From positions 258 to 64,257 of the forward strand of contig JAFGEK010000079.1 in NCBI GenBank assembly GCA_016931625.1: a stretch of 64,000 bases of DNA, read 5' to 3'. Origin of the DNA: Deltaproteobacteria bacterium (lineage in GTDB: Bacteria > Myxococcota > XYA12-FULL-58-9 > JAFGEK01). Below, piece by piece: positions 45,033-53,946 of this stretch (positions are counted from its first letter, which is position 1; every line of letters starts with the position of its first letter). The notes beneath the pieces are model-generated. The model was not told where the DNA came from and did not search any database. It saw only the letters and a program-made list of their open reading frames with translations. Both the position numbers and the translations under genes were made by a program.

Positions 45033-46925
45033 TTATTTAATTGCAGACATTAATACAATCGCTAAATTTCTCTCTGGGCCACTGTGTACTAGTTTTACAA
45101 ATATTTTCAAATCATCATATTCGCGCGCTATTTTACGTTGCTGGTTGTAGGCCATGCCGCGCCAATAATAGGCATAGGCGGCCCTAGGATTCGCTTCGAT
45201 TACTGCGGTCATTTGCTCAATGGTTTCGTCAATCTTGCCGGATGCCATTAGGATCTCACCCAGTGCTTGGGCAGCAAGTGCATTACCAGAATTAGTCGCG
45301 AGTAACGACCTGGCTATAGCCTCGGCTTCTACATATTGCGCATGTTTTAGCTCTGGATCGGTTTCTTTGGAGGCATTTTTTACTAAAAGCACTGCCCAGC
45401 AGGCGCGCGCATGGTCATTGTTTGTTTCTTTAATAATTTTTTCTGCCAGGTTAATATCAATGGCCTCCCAGGTTTTATAGTATTCATAAAACTCAATATC
45501 CGTGGTCATATTGATCATAGTTTTAAGAAATTCGCCTTTAGTATAATCAGTACTTTTGGCACTAATAGCTTGCGCTAAGGTTATTGTATCTTGGCTTTGC
45601 CCCAAGGTTTTTGCAAACTCGACGAGCTGCCGGCTTGCAAGGCTTTCGGCCATCATGTTCATCAGGTCTTTTTTCTCATCAGCCGAGAGACCGCCAAAGC
45701 CTAATATGGCCTTGCTATTAATTTCTTTTGCCCAGTGCTGCAATTCTTCGTCGCTTAATGCGTCAAAAACTACGCGCTTTTCAACACGATTGAGACCATG
45801 CAAAATATCATTGATTTGCTTAAGTTCGTTGTGGGTCACATCAAAATTAAAAACGCCACTTTCATCAAGTAGCTCACGGATTTTTTTAACTGCTGCTTCG
45901 ACATTTTCGGATTTGCCGTTGCCCATACGTAGCATGGCAATAATTACATCAGCATCACTAAAGCCTGCGGCACGCCATGTATCTTCCATTCGATCAAAAG
46001 ACTCGGGGTCAATAAAACCGGTACTTTCATCTACAAGTTTAAGAATTTGCTCGCTTTCTTTGGCGGTTACGCCATCTTCAATCGATGCAAGTTTTGGTGT
46101 TATCTCGGCGTAGTTTGCTGTTGATAACGCATGTAATGGTGGTACGACTTGATCATCCACACGTCGTGGCAGATGGTCTTTGGCGCTTGTTAAGTTAGCT
46201 AGCGCAATGTTTTTAGTCCGTGTGCTATTGTCGATAAAAGTTTGCAATTCATCATCATTACTCTGGTCGGTGATTTTGTTTGTTGCATCATACATCTCAT
46301 CAATTGCATTAAGCGAACGCTGAAGTTCATCTTGCGCTTTTTGTGCCTGAGCTTGCGCTTCGAGTGCCTGCCTTTGCGCCTCTTCGGCCTCGTTTCTCAG
46401 TGCTTCATACTCCTGGCATGACACTTGCTGATTTTGTGGGTCATTGGGCAACGTTTCTTCGAACTTTTGTTGAGCTTGGGTAAGCTCGTCTTGAGCGTCA
46501 GCTAGCTCTTGTTGCCGTGCTGCAAGCTCGTTTTCTTTTTGGGCAAGCTCATTGCGTGCGCTGTCAATCTTTGCGCGTAAGCTTTGCAGTTTTTGTTGAT
46601 AATGCGTCATAGCTGCATTAAACGCGGCGGTATCAATAGTATTAATATTTATGCTGCGTGCATTGGGCGGCGAGCCTTCGCTGCGCGTCTCGGTCTTTTG
46701 AAAATTTGCTGGGTCAGGGATCTCTAAATCGGCAAACTCAGCCTCAAGTTGGGCAATAATTTGCTGAATCGAAGCAATATCGTCGATAAGCAGGGTAATC
46801 GCCGATGATAAACATGTAATCTTGTTGCTTGTAGCATCAGAGACTGCTTGTACAGTGTTTGCGTTAGGTACGTTTGGTACATTAGGTATTCTTTGATCGA
46901 TTGGAATAAAAGAACACATAATCAT
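45033..46925 (-). CDS. hypothetical coiled-coil / TPR-repeat protein (effector-like)
   Basis: N-terminal PNVPNVPNA repeat, long Gln/Glu-rich coiled coil, and C-terminal TPR-like helices (...AYAYYWRGMAYNQQRKIAREYDD...). Confidence 0.6.
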   Translation of the reverse strand: MIMCSFIPIDQRIPNVPNVPNANTVQAVSDATSNKITCLSSAITLLIDDIASIQQIIAQLEAEFADLEIPDPANFQKTETRSEGSPPNARSININTIDTAAFNAAMTHYQQKLQSLRAKIDSARNELAQKENELAARQQELADAQDELTQAQQKFEETLPNDPQNQQVSCQEYEALRNEAEEAQRQALEAQAQAQKAQDELQRSLNAIDEMYDATNKITDQSNDDELQTFIDNSTRTKNIALANLTSAKDHLPRRVDDQVVPPLHALSTANYAEITPKLASIEDGVTAKESEQILKLVDESTGFIDPESFDRMEDTWRAAGFSDADVIIAMLRMGNGKSENVEAAVKKIRELLDESGVFNFDVTHNELKQINDILHGLNRVEKRVVFDALSDEELQHWAKEINSKAILGFGGLSADEKKDLMNMMAESLASRQLVEFAKTLGQSQDTITLAQAISAKSTDYTKGEFLKTMINMTTDIEFYEYYKTWEAIDINLAEKIIKETNNDHARACWAVLLVKNASKETDPELKHAQYVEAEAIARSLLATNSGNALAAQALGEILMASGKIDETIEQMTAVIEANPRAAYAYYWRGMAYNQQRKIAREYDDLKIFVKLVHSGPERNLAIVLMSAIK

Positions 46926-46977
46926 CTCCAGAGTACGTATAGTCTACATTTTTTATACTCGTAAAAAAGAAGCTTAA

Positions 46978-46997
46978 CTAGGGATACCCCATAATAT
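46978..46997. repeat. degenerate solo copy of the MITE-TIR-related motif (CTAGGGATACCCCATAATAT), overlapping the start of ORF 46996
   Basis: See 31459 and 35048. Confidence 0.45.
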
Positions 46998-47292
46998 GTT
47001 TAGTATTATTTACCCAGATTACTTTGCTTTGGTTAACCATAAGACTGAGTTTTTATGTGTAAGTGGCGCCATCAGCGAAGAAGAGTATTTAGCGGGCTTG
47101 CAAAAAGCAGGGCTTGTTGATGTTGAAGTTCGCGATCGTCTTTTTTATGATGCTCCGCAAATTGAAGGATTAGCCGCATCTAATCTTGAAAATCTATGTG
47201 GCTGTGAAGATATTAAAGCACAATTACCCGCTTTATTGCTTAGTCTCGAAGGTAAAATCTGGAGCGCCAAGGTTTATGCGCATAAACCATAA
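46996..47292 (+). CDS. hypothetical protein
   Basis: ORF only. Confidence 0.35.
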   Translation: MFSIIYPDYFALVNHKTEFLCVSGAISEEEYLAGLQKAGLVDVEVRDRLFYDAPQIEGLAASNLENLCGCEDIKAQLPALLLSLEGKIWSAKVYAHKP

Positions 47293-47323
47293 GTCTTTTC
47301 TTTGTTTAATATTGTTTACATAA

Positions 47324-47540
47324 TCAGGGCGTGTCCCTAAATTAAATCGTCATTGTTCGCGAAAGCGGCAATCCAGTAGCAAATACGATGAATTTTAGCA
47401 TTTGGATCCTAAGCTTTCGCGGGGATGACATAAAAGACAATTAAATCAAAATTATTTATTTTGTAACGAAAAAATACATTATAACAATGAGTTAGAAGCA
47501 TCATTAAAAAACTATGAATCAATTTAGGGACACGCCCTGA
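47324..47540. mobile_element. 217 bp MITE-like non-autonomous element with perfect 20 bp terminal inverted repeats (TCAGGGCGTGTCCCTAAATT ... AATTTAGGGACACGCCCTGA)
   Basis: The terminal inverted repeats are exact reverse complements. There is an internal secondary inverted repeat (gtcattgttcgcgaaagc / gctttcgcggggatgac). It carries no ORF. It sits in the intergenic gap upstream of the GT9 gene. Confidence 0.75.
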
Positions 47541-47567
47541 CTAAATAAAAACATAGCCGCAGTCTAG

Positions 47568-48689
47568 TTGCTTACGTTATGGTGCTGCTTCGTGGATGAC
47601 AACGATAACAAATTGCACGGTCGTGAGGTCATTGTTCTTTTTGAGTTAGGCGCACTCGGCGACAGTATAATGACCTTACCGGCTATGCAGGCAGTGCGTT
47701 GTGCTCAACCACAAGCTCACATAGTACGCGTGCACGAAAAGCGTATGAGTGAATTTTTTCGCGGTTGCCCGTTAGCAGATGTTTTTATTGCTTATGATCG
47801 TTCGCAAGCAAAACAAAAAGCAGCCTTAAATTTATTAAATAACTTGCGAGCTTTAAATCTCGCCAGCATTGCTAATTTGCACACCCCAGATTTTGCGCGT
47901 CCGCTGCGTTATTATTTGCGTGATAGCTTGTTTCTATTGCTTTCTAAAGCACCACAAAGGCTCGCGTGGACGCATTCAATTGACAATCTGTTAATTACCG
48001 ATGGGATACCACGTAAGTTTTTTGGCCAACAGCGTATTGATCAAGAGATATTAGCCGTTGTGCAACCTTTAATAAAAAATACAAATATACAAACTACCGC
48101 AAAAGTTTTGTATTGGCTAAGCGATAACGAACGCGACGCCACCTTACATCTATATGCACAGCATGCAACTACTGCAGGCATAATGGCGGATCATCCATAT
48201 TTTTGTGTGGCACCTTTCGCACGAGCGCCAACGCGTGAATGGTCGCTGTCATCAATGGGGCAAGCGGTTGAGTTGATTGTCAAGCAAACCGGATTAATAC
48301 CGGTGATTTTAGGGGCGGCGTCCGATCGTTCAAAGTTATCAAGCCTACTAGAGCAAATTCATAAACCGGTTGTTGATCTTGTCGGTACTAGTTCAATTCG
48401 TGATGCAGCAACGCTTATGGCTAAAGCAACTTTTACTTTATCAGTAGATACGGGCTTGATGCATTTGTCAGCTCTAATGGGTACGCCGGTTGTCGCGATA
48501 TTTACTGCGGGTAACCCGGTGCGTTGGCATCCGTTACCACAAGCAGAAATTCGTATTGTTGCCGCTAATTGTACTTGCAGTCCATGCTATCGTTTTACCT
48601 GTGATGATTTATGTTGTCATAAAGAGATTACAACTACAATAGTTGCTCAAGCCGCGATTGAATGTTATCAACAGATTACTAGCGAATAA
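47568..48689 (+). CDS. glycosyltransferase family 9 (ADP-heptose:LPS heptosyltransferase-like)
   Basis: ...VIVLFELGALGDSIMTLPA... N-terminus and ...YFCVAPFARAPTREW... / ...SVDTGLMHLSALMGTPVVAIF... blocks typical of GT9. The start codon is uncertain (TTG or GTG). Confidence 0.75.
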   Translation: MLTLWCCFVDDNDNKLHGREVIVLFELGALGDSIMTLPAMQAVRCAQPQAHIVRVHEKRMSEFFRGCPLADVFIAYDRSQAKQKAALNLLNNLRALNLASIANLHTPDFARPLRYYLRDSLFLLLSKAPQRLAWTHSIDNLLITDGIPRKFFGQQRIDQEILAVVQPLIKNTNIQTTAKVLYWLSDNERDATLHLYAQHATTAGIMADHPYFCVAPFARAPTREWSLSSMGQAVELIVKQTGLIPVILGAASDRSKLSSLLEQIHKPVVDLVGTSSIRDAATLMAKATFTLSVDTGLMHLSALMGTPVVAIFTAGNPVRWHPLPQAEIRIVAANCTCSPCYRFTCDDLCCHKEITTTIVAQAAIECYQQITSE

Positions 48690-48713
48690 TTTAATAAGTA
48701 TCTTTATTGTATC

Positions 48714-50495
48714 TTGCATTCCTATTATATGAACGCCATGATTAGAGGCAAACTAAATATTGCCATAACAATTGCTATACTAGCCGTTTTTGCTTTCATT
48801 GCGCAAGGCCGCACTTTTATTACTTCAAAAGGCTTGACCTTTGATGAAAGTCTTTATGTGACCGCAGGTTATGCCTACTTGAAAGGTGCTAATTTAAAAC
48901 TCAATAACGAACACCCACCCCTAATTAAATATATTCTTGGTTTGCCTAATTTAATTGCCGCCAATGATAATTATACTGATACTAACGAAAATAAATGGCG
49001 CCGCGCCCGTCGTTTTTTAGGTTCTGAAGTTTCTGATCGTGATGCATTTATCAGGCGTGCGCGTTATGCCAATCTCGTGCTTGGGGTATTTCTTATAGCT
49101 ATTCTTTTTATTTGGTCTTATCGATTATTTGGCCCTGCTGCTGCTGCGTTTACTGCGGTGCTTGCAGCATTTGAGCCGAACCTTATTGCTCATTCTTCAC
49201 TAGCTACTCTTGATGTTGGTGCCACGGCCTTTTTTATCCTTTTTCTATATATTTTATGGGAGTGGCATAATCATCTCACTTGCAATTGGTTGCATGCAGT
49301 AGGACTTGCCACCGGTTTGGCAGTCTGCACAAAATTTTCTAATTTTGGTCTTTGTTTTGGCGTCGTGGTACCAACAATATTAATTACCACATATGTTGAA
49401 CAAGGTTCACCGCGCGGGTGCTTTAAGATAAGGGCGGTATTAAAAATTGGTTTAGGTCGACTAGTGCGCGTTGGTGTTATTGCATTGAGTGTATTAGTGA
49501 TAATTTACCAAGTGCATAGCATTGGCGAATTTTTTCTGGGTTTTGGCGATCAAGCAAGCCACGCCGGGCATGGGCATGGGTCATACTTTTTTGGTCAATA
49601 CGGCAAACATGGATGGGCTTCATATTATTTAATGGCGTTTTTATTAAAAATACCACTTGGTACATTAGTTATAATTATTCTCTCGCTAGCTTTTTATAAA
49701 CGAGGCAAGGCACTAAATTGGCGTGATGGAGGTTATATAGTCGGTATACTTGCATTTATGATGTTGTTATTCACTCTCGGGCGTATTCATATAGGTATTC
49801 GCTACGTGTTGCCAGCTTTAGCCCTGTTTATACTTTTGGCAGGTCGTTTTGGCTCTTGTCTCGATTTTAAAAATGCGAAACTATTAACGCTAGGCGTGTT
49901 ATCACTAACGCTTTGGTCAGTTCAAGCCAGCGTACAAACCGCGCCGCATTACCTTGCTTATTTTAATGAAATTGTAGGTGGGTCAAACGGTGGTTTTCGC
50001 TATTTAAGTGATTCAAATGTCGATTGGGGTCAGGATGTTGCACAATTATCATTATGGAGTGCCAACAAACCAACATTACTGATTGCAGATGTTTTTTCTA
50101 ATGTAAAAGAATTCTATCCAATAGATACGATTGTTGCTAAAGCTAAGCAGTCTAATGATGCTTTATCATTTGTAAAAACTCTAGAGCCTAAAAGAGATCT
50201 CGTTGCCATTAGCGCTACGGCGTTGATGCGCCCTGGTCAAGAAGAATTGGCTTATCCGGTCTCAACATATACTTGGCCACTAATTACAACTATTGGCCAT
50301 TCAATTTTTATCTATGATATTACCGATATTCCCAATGCTTATGTCACTTTGGCACAACATTTTTTGCAACAAGCAATTACTGATAAATATCCACACTATA
50401 ACGAAATTGCGAAATGGCTTATGTTGCGTGCAAAAGCTCGTCATCCTAATAATAACGCTATAACTGCAGCTTTAATAGTTATGGGCAGTAGATAG
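48714..50495 (+). CDS. polytopic membrane glycosyltransferase, GT39/GT83 (PMT/ArnT)-like
   Basis: An N-terminal loop with EHPPLIKY follows the first transmembrane helix. Multiple hydrophobic helices, then a soluble C-terminal domain. Confidence 0.65.
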   Translation: MHSYYMNAMIRGKLNIAITIAILAVFAFIAQGRTFITSKGLTFDESLYVTAGYAYLKGANLKLNNEHPPLIKYILGLPNLIAANDNYTDTNENKWRRARRFLGSEVSDRDAFIRRARYANLVLGVFLIAILFIWSYRLFGPAAAAFTAVLAAFEPNLIAHSSLATLDVGATAFFILFLYILWEWHNHLTCNWLHAVGLATGLAVCTKFSNFGLCFGVVVPTILITTYVEQGSPRGCFKIRAVLKIGLGRLVRVGVIALSVLVIIYQVHSIGEFFLGFGDQASHAGHGHGSYFFGQYGKHGWASYYLMAFLLKIPLGTLVIIILSLAFYKRGKALNWRDGGYIVGILAFMMLLFTLGRIHIGIRYVLPALALFILLAGRFGSCLDFKNAKLLTLGVLSLTLWSVQASVQTAPHYLAYFNEIVGGSNGGFRYLSDSNVDWGQDVAQLSLWSANKPTLLIADVFSNVKEFYPIDTIVAKAKQSNDALSFVKTLEPKRDLVAISATALMRPGQEELAYPVSTYTWPLITTIGHSIFIYDITDIPNAYVTLAQHFLQQAITDKYPHYNEIAKWLMLRAKARHPNNNAITAALIVMGSR

Positions 50496-50783
50496 TTTAA
50501 TGGAGATTTCTGGCTTGAAATTTACACTAAGCGTACCTGTGAAAATGCCATAACAGTTTTTGCCCGTCTATCTTTATTTTGTATAGGGTTAATATTATTA
50601 TTCGTGCATTTAACATTATTCATAGTAAATTTAGTCCTCTCAAGACGTCGACATAAGCAGTTAATGGCAGAAACAAACTCTTCATTTTAGTGAATTTTGT
50701 TCACCTAAAATAAAAACGCTTAGGTATTGCAAACCAAAAATAGCCTTATATTCGGCTATAATACACATTTTTTTTTAATACAG

Positions 50784-50812
50784 TTGACAATCTTATTGCC
50801 GTTTTGATAAGC
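50784..50812 (+). promoter_or_regulatory. candidate sigma-70 promoter (TTGACA, 17 nt spacer, ATAAGC) for the rimP-nusA-infB operon
   Basis: Consensus -35 seen; the -10 is weak. Confidence 0.25.
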
Positions 50813-50979
50813 AAACGCCAACACATTTGGTAGAAGTCTTAAGCAAGGCAGCTTAAGTCTGCTCTAGGTGGGCCTTAATACCAAAGCGAATTATCGCAGG
50901 TATGGTGCTTGTGATATTCGTGATGGTTACGAGCCCATTTTTTTTTGTTTTTATTGCAGAGATTGAAAAGTGGTTTTAC

Positions 50980-51495
50980 GTGGGCGAAGAATTATCTATA
51001 CGTGCAGAAGTCGAGCGGGCGGTATCGCCTGTATTAGCAGGGCATGGCTATGAAGTTGTGCTTTGTGAATTTCTGCCACGTCAACATATTTTACGATTAT
51101 ATATCGATCGTGCTGATGGGCGTGCTGATGGGCGTGCTGATGGGCGTGCTGATGGGCGTGATAGCGGGGTCGGTGTAGAGGATTGCGCCCGTGTTTCTCG
51201 TCTCGTTGGCGATGTACTTGATGCAGAAGGTATATCAGATAATATTTCTGGTCGTTATCATTTAGAAGTATCATCACCTGGTCTTGACCGACCATTAGTA
51301 AAGCCTGCAGATTTTCGGCGTTTTATTGGGCAGAAGGTCAAAATAACTACACGGCAACCATTAGAGGGGCGAAAGCGTTTTAATGGTGAGCTAATAAGTT
51401 GTGATGCAAATAATATTAACGTAGCTATTGATGGCAATTTGTACGCCATTGCTTTTGAGCTTATTTTGCGCGCCAATTTGGTGCCAGAGCTTTAA
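50980..51495 (+). CDS. rimP: ribosome maturation factor RimP, with an in-frame tetrapeptide-repeat insertion
   Basis: Start set at GTG VGEELSIRAEVERAV. Conserved ...LEVSSPGLDRPL... and the C-terminal ...ANLVPEL are present. Lies upstream of nusA. Confidence 0.8.
   Translation: MGEELSIRAEVERAVSPVLAGHGYEVVLCEFLPRQHILRLYIDRADGRADGRADGRADGRDSGVGVEDCARVSRLVGDVLDAEGISDNISGRYHLEVSSPGLDRPLVKPADFRRFIGQKVKITTRQPLEGRKRFNGELISCDANNINVAIDGNLYAIAFELILRANLVPEL
51109..51156 (+). repeat. 12 bp tandem repeat x4 (cgtgctgatggg) encoding (RADG)4 inside rimP
   Basis: Seen in the sequence. Confidence 0.85.
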
Positions 51496-51593
51496 TCTAA
51501 ATGGGAGAGGTTTTGACTTAACGCTAATCACGTTGTGCTTAGAGCTACTTTTGTCAGGGGTTTAAGTACAGCGGGGGTCAAGGAGATGCGATC

Positions 51594-53324
51594 ATGTCAG
51601 ATGAGAACCTCACTACCGTTCTCGATGTGGTTAGCAAAGAGAAAGGAATAGACCGCAAGGTCTTAATCCAAGCTCTCGAAGAAGCAATTTTAGCCTCAGC
51701 AAAACGTGCTTTTGGCGCGGAGCGTAATCTTCTTGCGCAGTTTAACGCTGAGAAGGGTGCTGTTGATCTTACCCAGACGATTAAGGTCGTTGAAAATATT
51801 GAAGATGTATACAATGAAATAACCGTCGATGAATGCAGCCAACGCAATATTGATGTTGATCTTGGCGATGAGATGGTTTTTCCGATTTACTACCTTGATC
51901 AAGATGCTGCCGCCGCTCGTGAGCAAGATAATATGTATGGAGATATTTTACGGCTTAAAACTTATCGTCGAGGTTTTGGCCGTATCGCTGCACAAACCGC
52001 TAAACAAGTTATTATTCAACGCATTCGTGATGCTGAACGCAATATAGTATATACCGAGTATAAAGACAGAAAAGGCGAATTAGTTACGGGTATAGTTCGT
52101 CGTTTTGAACGTGGTAATATTATTGTTGATTTAGGGCGAGCCGAGGCAGTTATGCCCATGCGTGAGCAAGTGCCGCGTGAGTCATATCGTGCTGCAGATC
52201 GTATTCAAGCATATGTTATTGAAGTTCAAGAGCATGCACGTGGGCCACAGATTGTGCTATCGCGTACATGTCCAGAGCTATTAGTGAAACTTTTTGAGCT
52301 TGAAGTGCCTGAAATTTATGAAGGTATTGTTAAAATTGAAAGCGCCGCACGTGAGCCAGGCGCTAGAGCCAAGATTGCCGTTTCGTCTACCGATCGCGAT
52401 GTTGATCCCGTTGGTGCGTGTGTTGGTATGAAAGGTTCACGGGTGCAAGCAGTAGTTCAAGAGCTTCGCGGTGAAAAAATCGATATTGTCCCTTATAGTG
52501 AGGATCCTGCAACTTTCGTATGCAATGCCCTACAACCTGCTGAAGTCAGCCGCGTTCTTATTGATGAAGGCAATCATGCCATGGAAATTATTGTTCCTGA
52601 TGATCAGCTTTCATTAGCCATTGGCCGTAAAGGGCAAAATGTGCGTTTAGCTTCACAGTTAACCGGATGGCGACTCGATATTCACTCTGAATCACGTATA
52701 GCTGAAATAAAAGATAAAGCCTGGAAGTCATTATCTAGAGTAGATGGTCTTAATGAGTTTTTAATTCAAACTTTATACAATCATGGTATTCGTTCAGCAC
52801 AACAATTATTTGATTCACAGCATGATTTTCTTATGCAATTCCCCGGAATGGATGATGGTTTGCTTGATAGTGTGTTGGCTAGCGCCAAGCAGATTGCTGC
52901 TGAAGAAAAAGAAAGTGAAGAAAATGCTCGTGTTGATGCTGAACGCGCGCAAAAAGCAGTTGATGCAGCTAAACGTTTGCAAGAAATCCTTGGCCTTGAT
53001 GATCTTGGCCGTTTGCAAAAAGTACGCGGAGTCGGTGAGTCTATGTTGAAGCAGTTGCAAGATACTGGTTTTATCAAAGTTGAAGAAATTGCCGATGCGT
53101 CAGTTGAAGATTTAGCAGAAAAACTTTCAATTAGTGAGAGCAAAGCAAAACAACTCAAGTATGCTGCCTCGCAATGGCTAAAAGAAGAGAATGATATTCG
53201 TAGTACTGCTGATGAACTTGGTATCAGTGTTGAAGACGGTATTGCCAAATTAACCTCATTAACCACTGACGTGAGTAAAAACAAAGAGCAATCGCAGTCT
53301 GAAGTCTCTGGTAGTCCTGCGTAA
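51594..53324 (+). CDS. nusA: transcription termination/antitermination factor NusA with extended C-terminal region
   Basis: N-terminal domain, S1, KH1 and KH2 regions (...GMKGSRVQAVVQEL...) are present. It is about 80 aa longer than E. coli NusA. Confidence 0.9.
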   Translation: MSDENLTTVLDVVSKEKGIDRKVLIQALEEAILASAKRAFGAERNLLAQFNAEKGAVDLTQTIKVVENIEDVYNEITVDECSQRNIDVDLGDEMVFPIYYLDQDAAAAREQDNMYGDILRLKTYRRGFGRIAAQTAKQVIIQRIRDAERNIVYTEYKDRKGELVTGIVRRFERGNIIVDLGRAEAVMPMREQVPRESYRAADRIQAYVIEVQEHARGPQIVLSRTCPELLVKLFELEVPEIYEGIVKIESAAREPGARAKIAVSSTDRDVDPVGACVGMKGSRVQAVVQELRGEKIDIVPYSEDPATFVCNALQPAEVSRVLIDEGNHAMEIIVPDDQLSLAIGRKGQNVRLASQLTGWRLDIHSESRIAEIKDKAWKSLSRVDGLNEFLIQTLYNHGIRSAQQLFDSQHDFLMQFPGMDDGLLDSVLASAKQIAAEEKESEENARVDAERAQKAVDAAKRLQEILGLDDLGRLQKVRGVGESMLKQLQDTGFIKVEEIADASVEDLAEKLSISESKAKQLKYAASQWLKEENDIRSTADELGISVEDGIAKLTSLTTDVSKNKEQSQSEVSGSPA

Positions 53325-53346
53325 CTATTAAGGAATTAAAAAGTAT

Positions 53347-53946
53347 TTGATGATGATGTGCGCAACAACACATAGAGAGGATATCATTTCGACGACACCA
53401 CAGCGTAGTTGTGTGGTATGTCGACAATCGCGTCCACTCTTTGAATTATTGCGCCTATATGAAAAAAACGGCGCAGTAATTATAGGTGATCCAACCGGTG
53501 GTCGGGGAGCATGGATTTGTTATAAACATCCATGCCTTGAAAAACTTGACGCGCGCTTAGTGTCTAAAGCTTTGCGTAAACCGGTAGTAGTATGTGAGCC
53601 AAATTTGATGCGCAAAGCTCTCGTTGACATAGCGCAACAGAAAATCTTTACAGTATTGGGCTTGGCTAGACGACAAGGAATACTTATTGTTGGGCAAGAC
53701 CAGTTAGATAAACAAACGGCAGCATGCATTATTTTGGCAAAAGATGCATCTTCTCGAGTGCAACGAGCATTTGCAAAAGATGCATTTGTATTTGCTAATA
53801 GTAATGAGCTTAGTCGTGCCATAGGTTTAAAGGGCGTTTTTGTCTTGGGTATCGCTAAAAGTTCTTTTGCTAAACAGGCTGCATATTGGCTGACTGTATG
53901 GTATGAGGGACAAACTCGCGATAGCGCCTTGCCGAAGGAAGAGTGA
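53347..53946 (+). CDS. fusion of YlxR-like (DUF448) RNA-binding protein with L7Ae-family (YlxQ-like) domain
   Basis: ...RSCVVCRQSRPLFELLRL...GGRGAWIC in the N-terminal half and ...VLGLARRQGILIVGQDQ... in the C-terminal half. It lies between nusA and infB. Confidence 0.7.
   Translation: MMMMCATTHREDIISTTPQRSCVVCRQSRPLFELLRLYEKNGAVIIGDPTGGRGAWICYKHPCLEKLDARLVSKALRKPVVVCEPNLMRKALVDIAQQKIFTVLGLARRQGILIVGQDQLDKQTAACIILAKDASSRVQRAFAKDAFVFANSNELSRAIGLKGVFVLGIAKSSFAKQAAYWLTVWYEGQTRDSALPKEE

Noticed and set aside
47324-47540. Autonomous IS element at the MITE locus
   Set aside because: The element is only 217 bp with no ORF, and no transposase or integrase gene occurs anywhere in the window.
50996-51476. 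ORFs 50996-51295(-) and 51258-51476(-), the first with HAHQHAHQ repeats, antisense to rimP
   Set aside because: They are antisense shadows of rimP. The His-Ala-His-Gln repeats are just the reverse complement of the (RADG)4 repeat.
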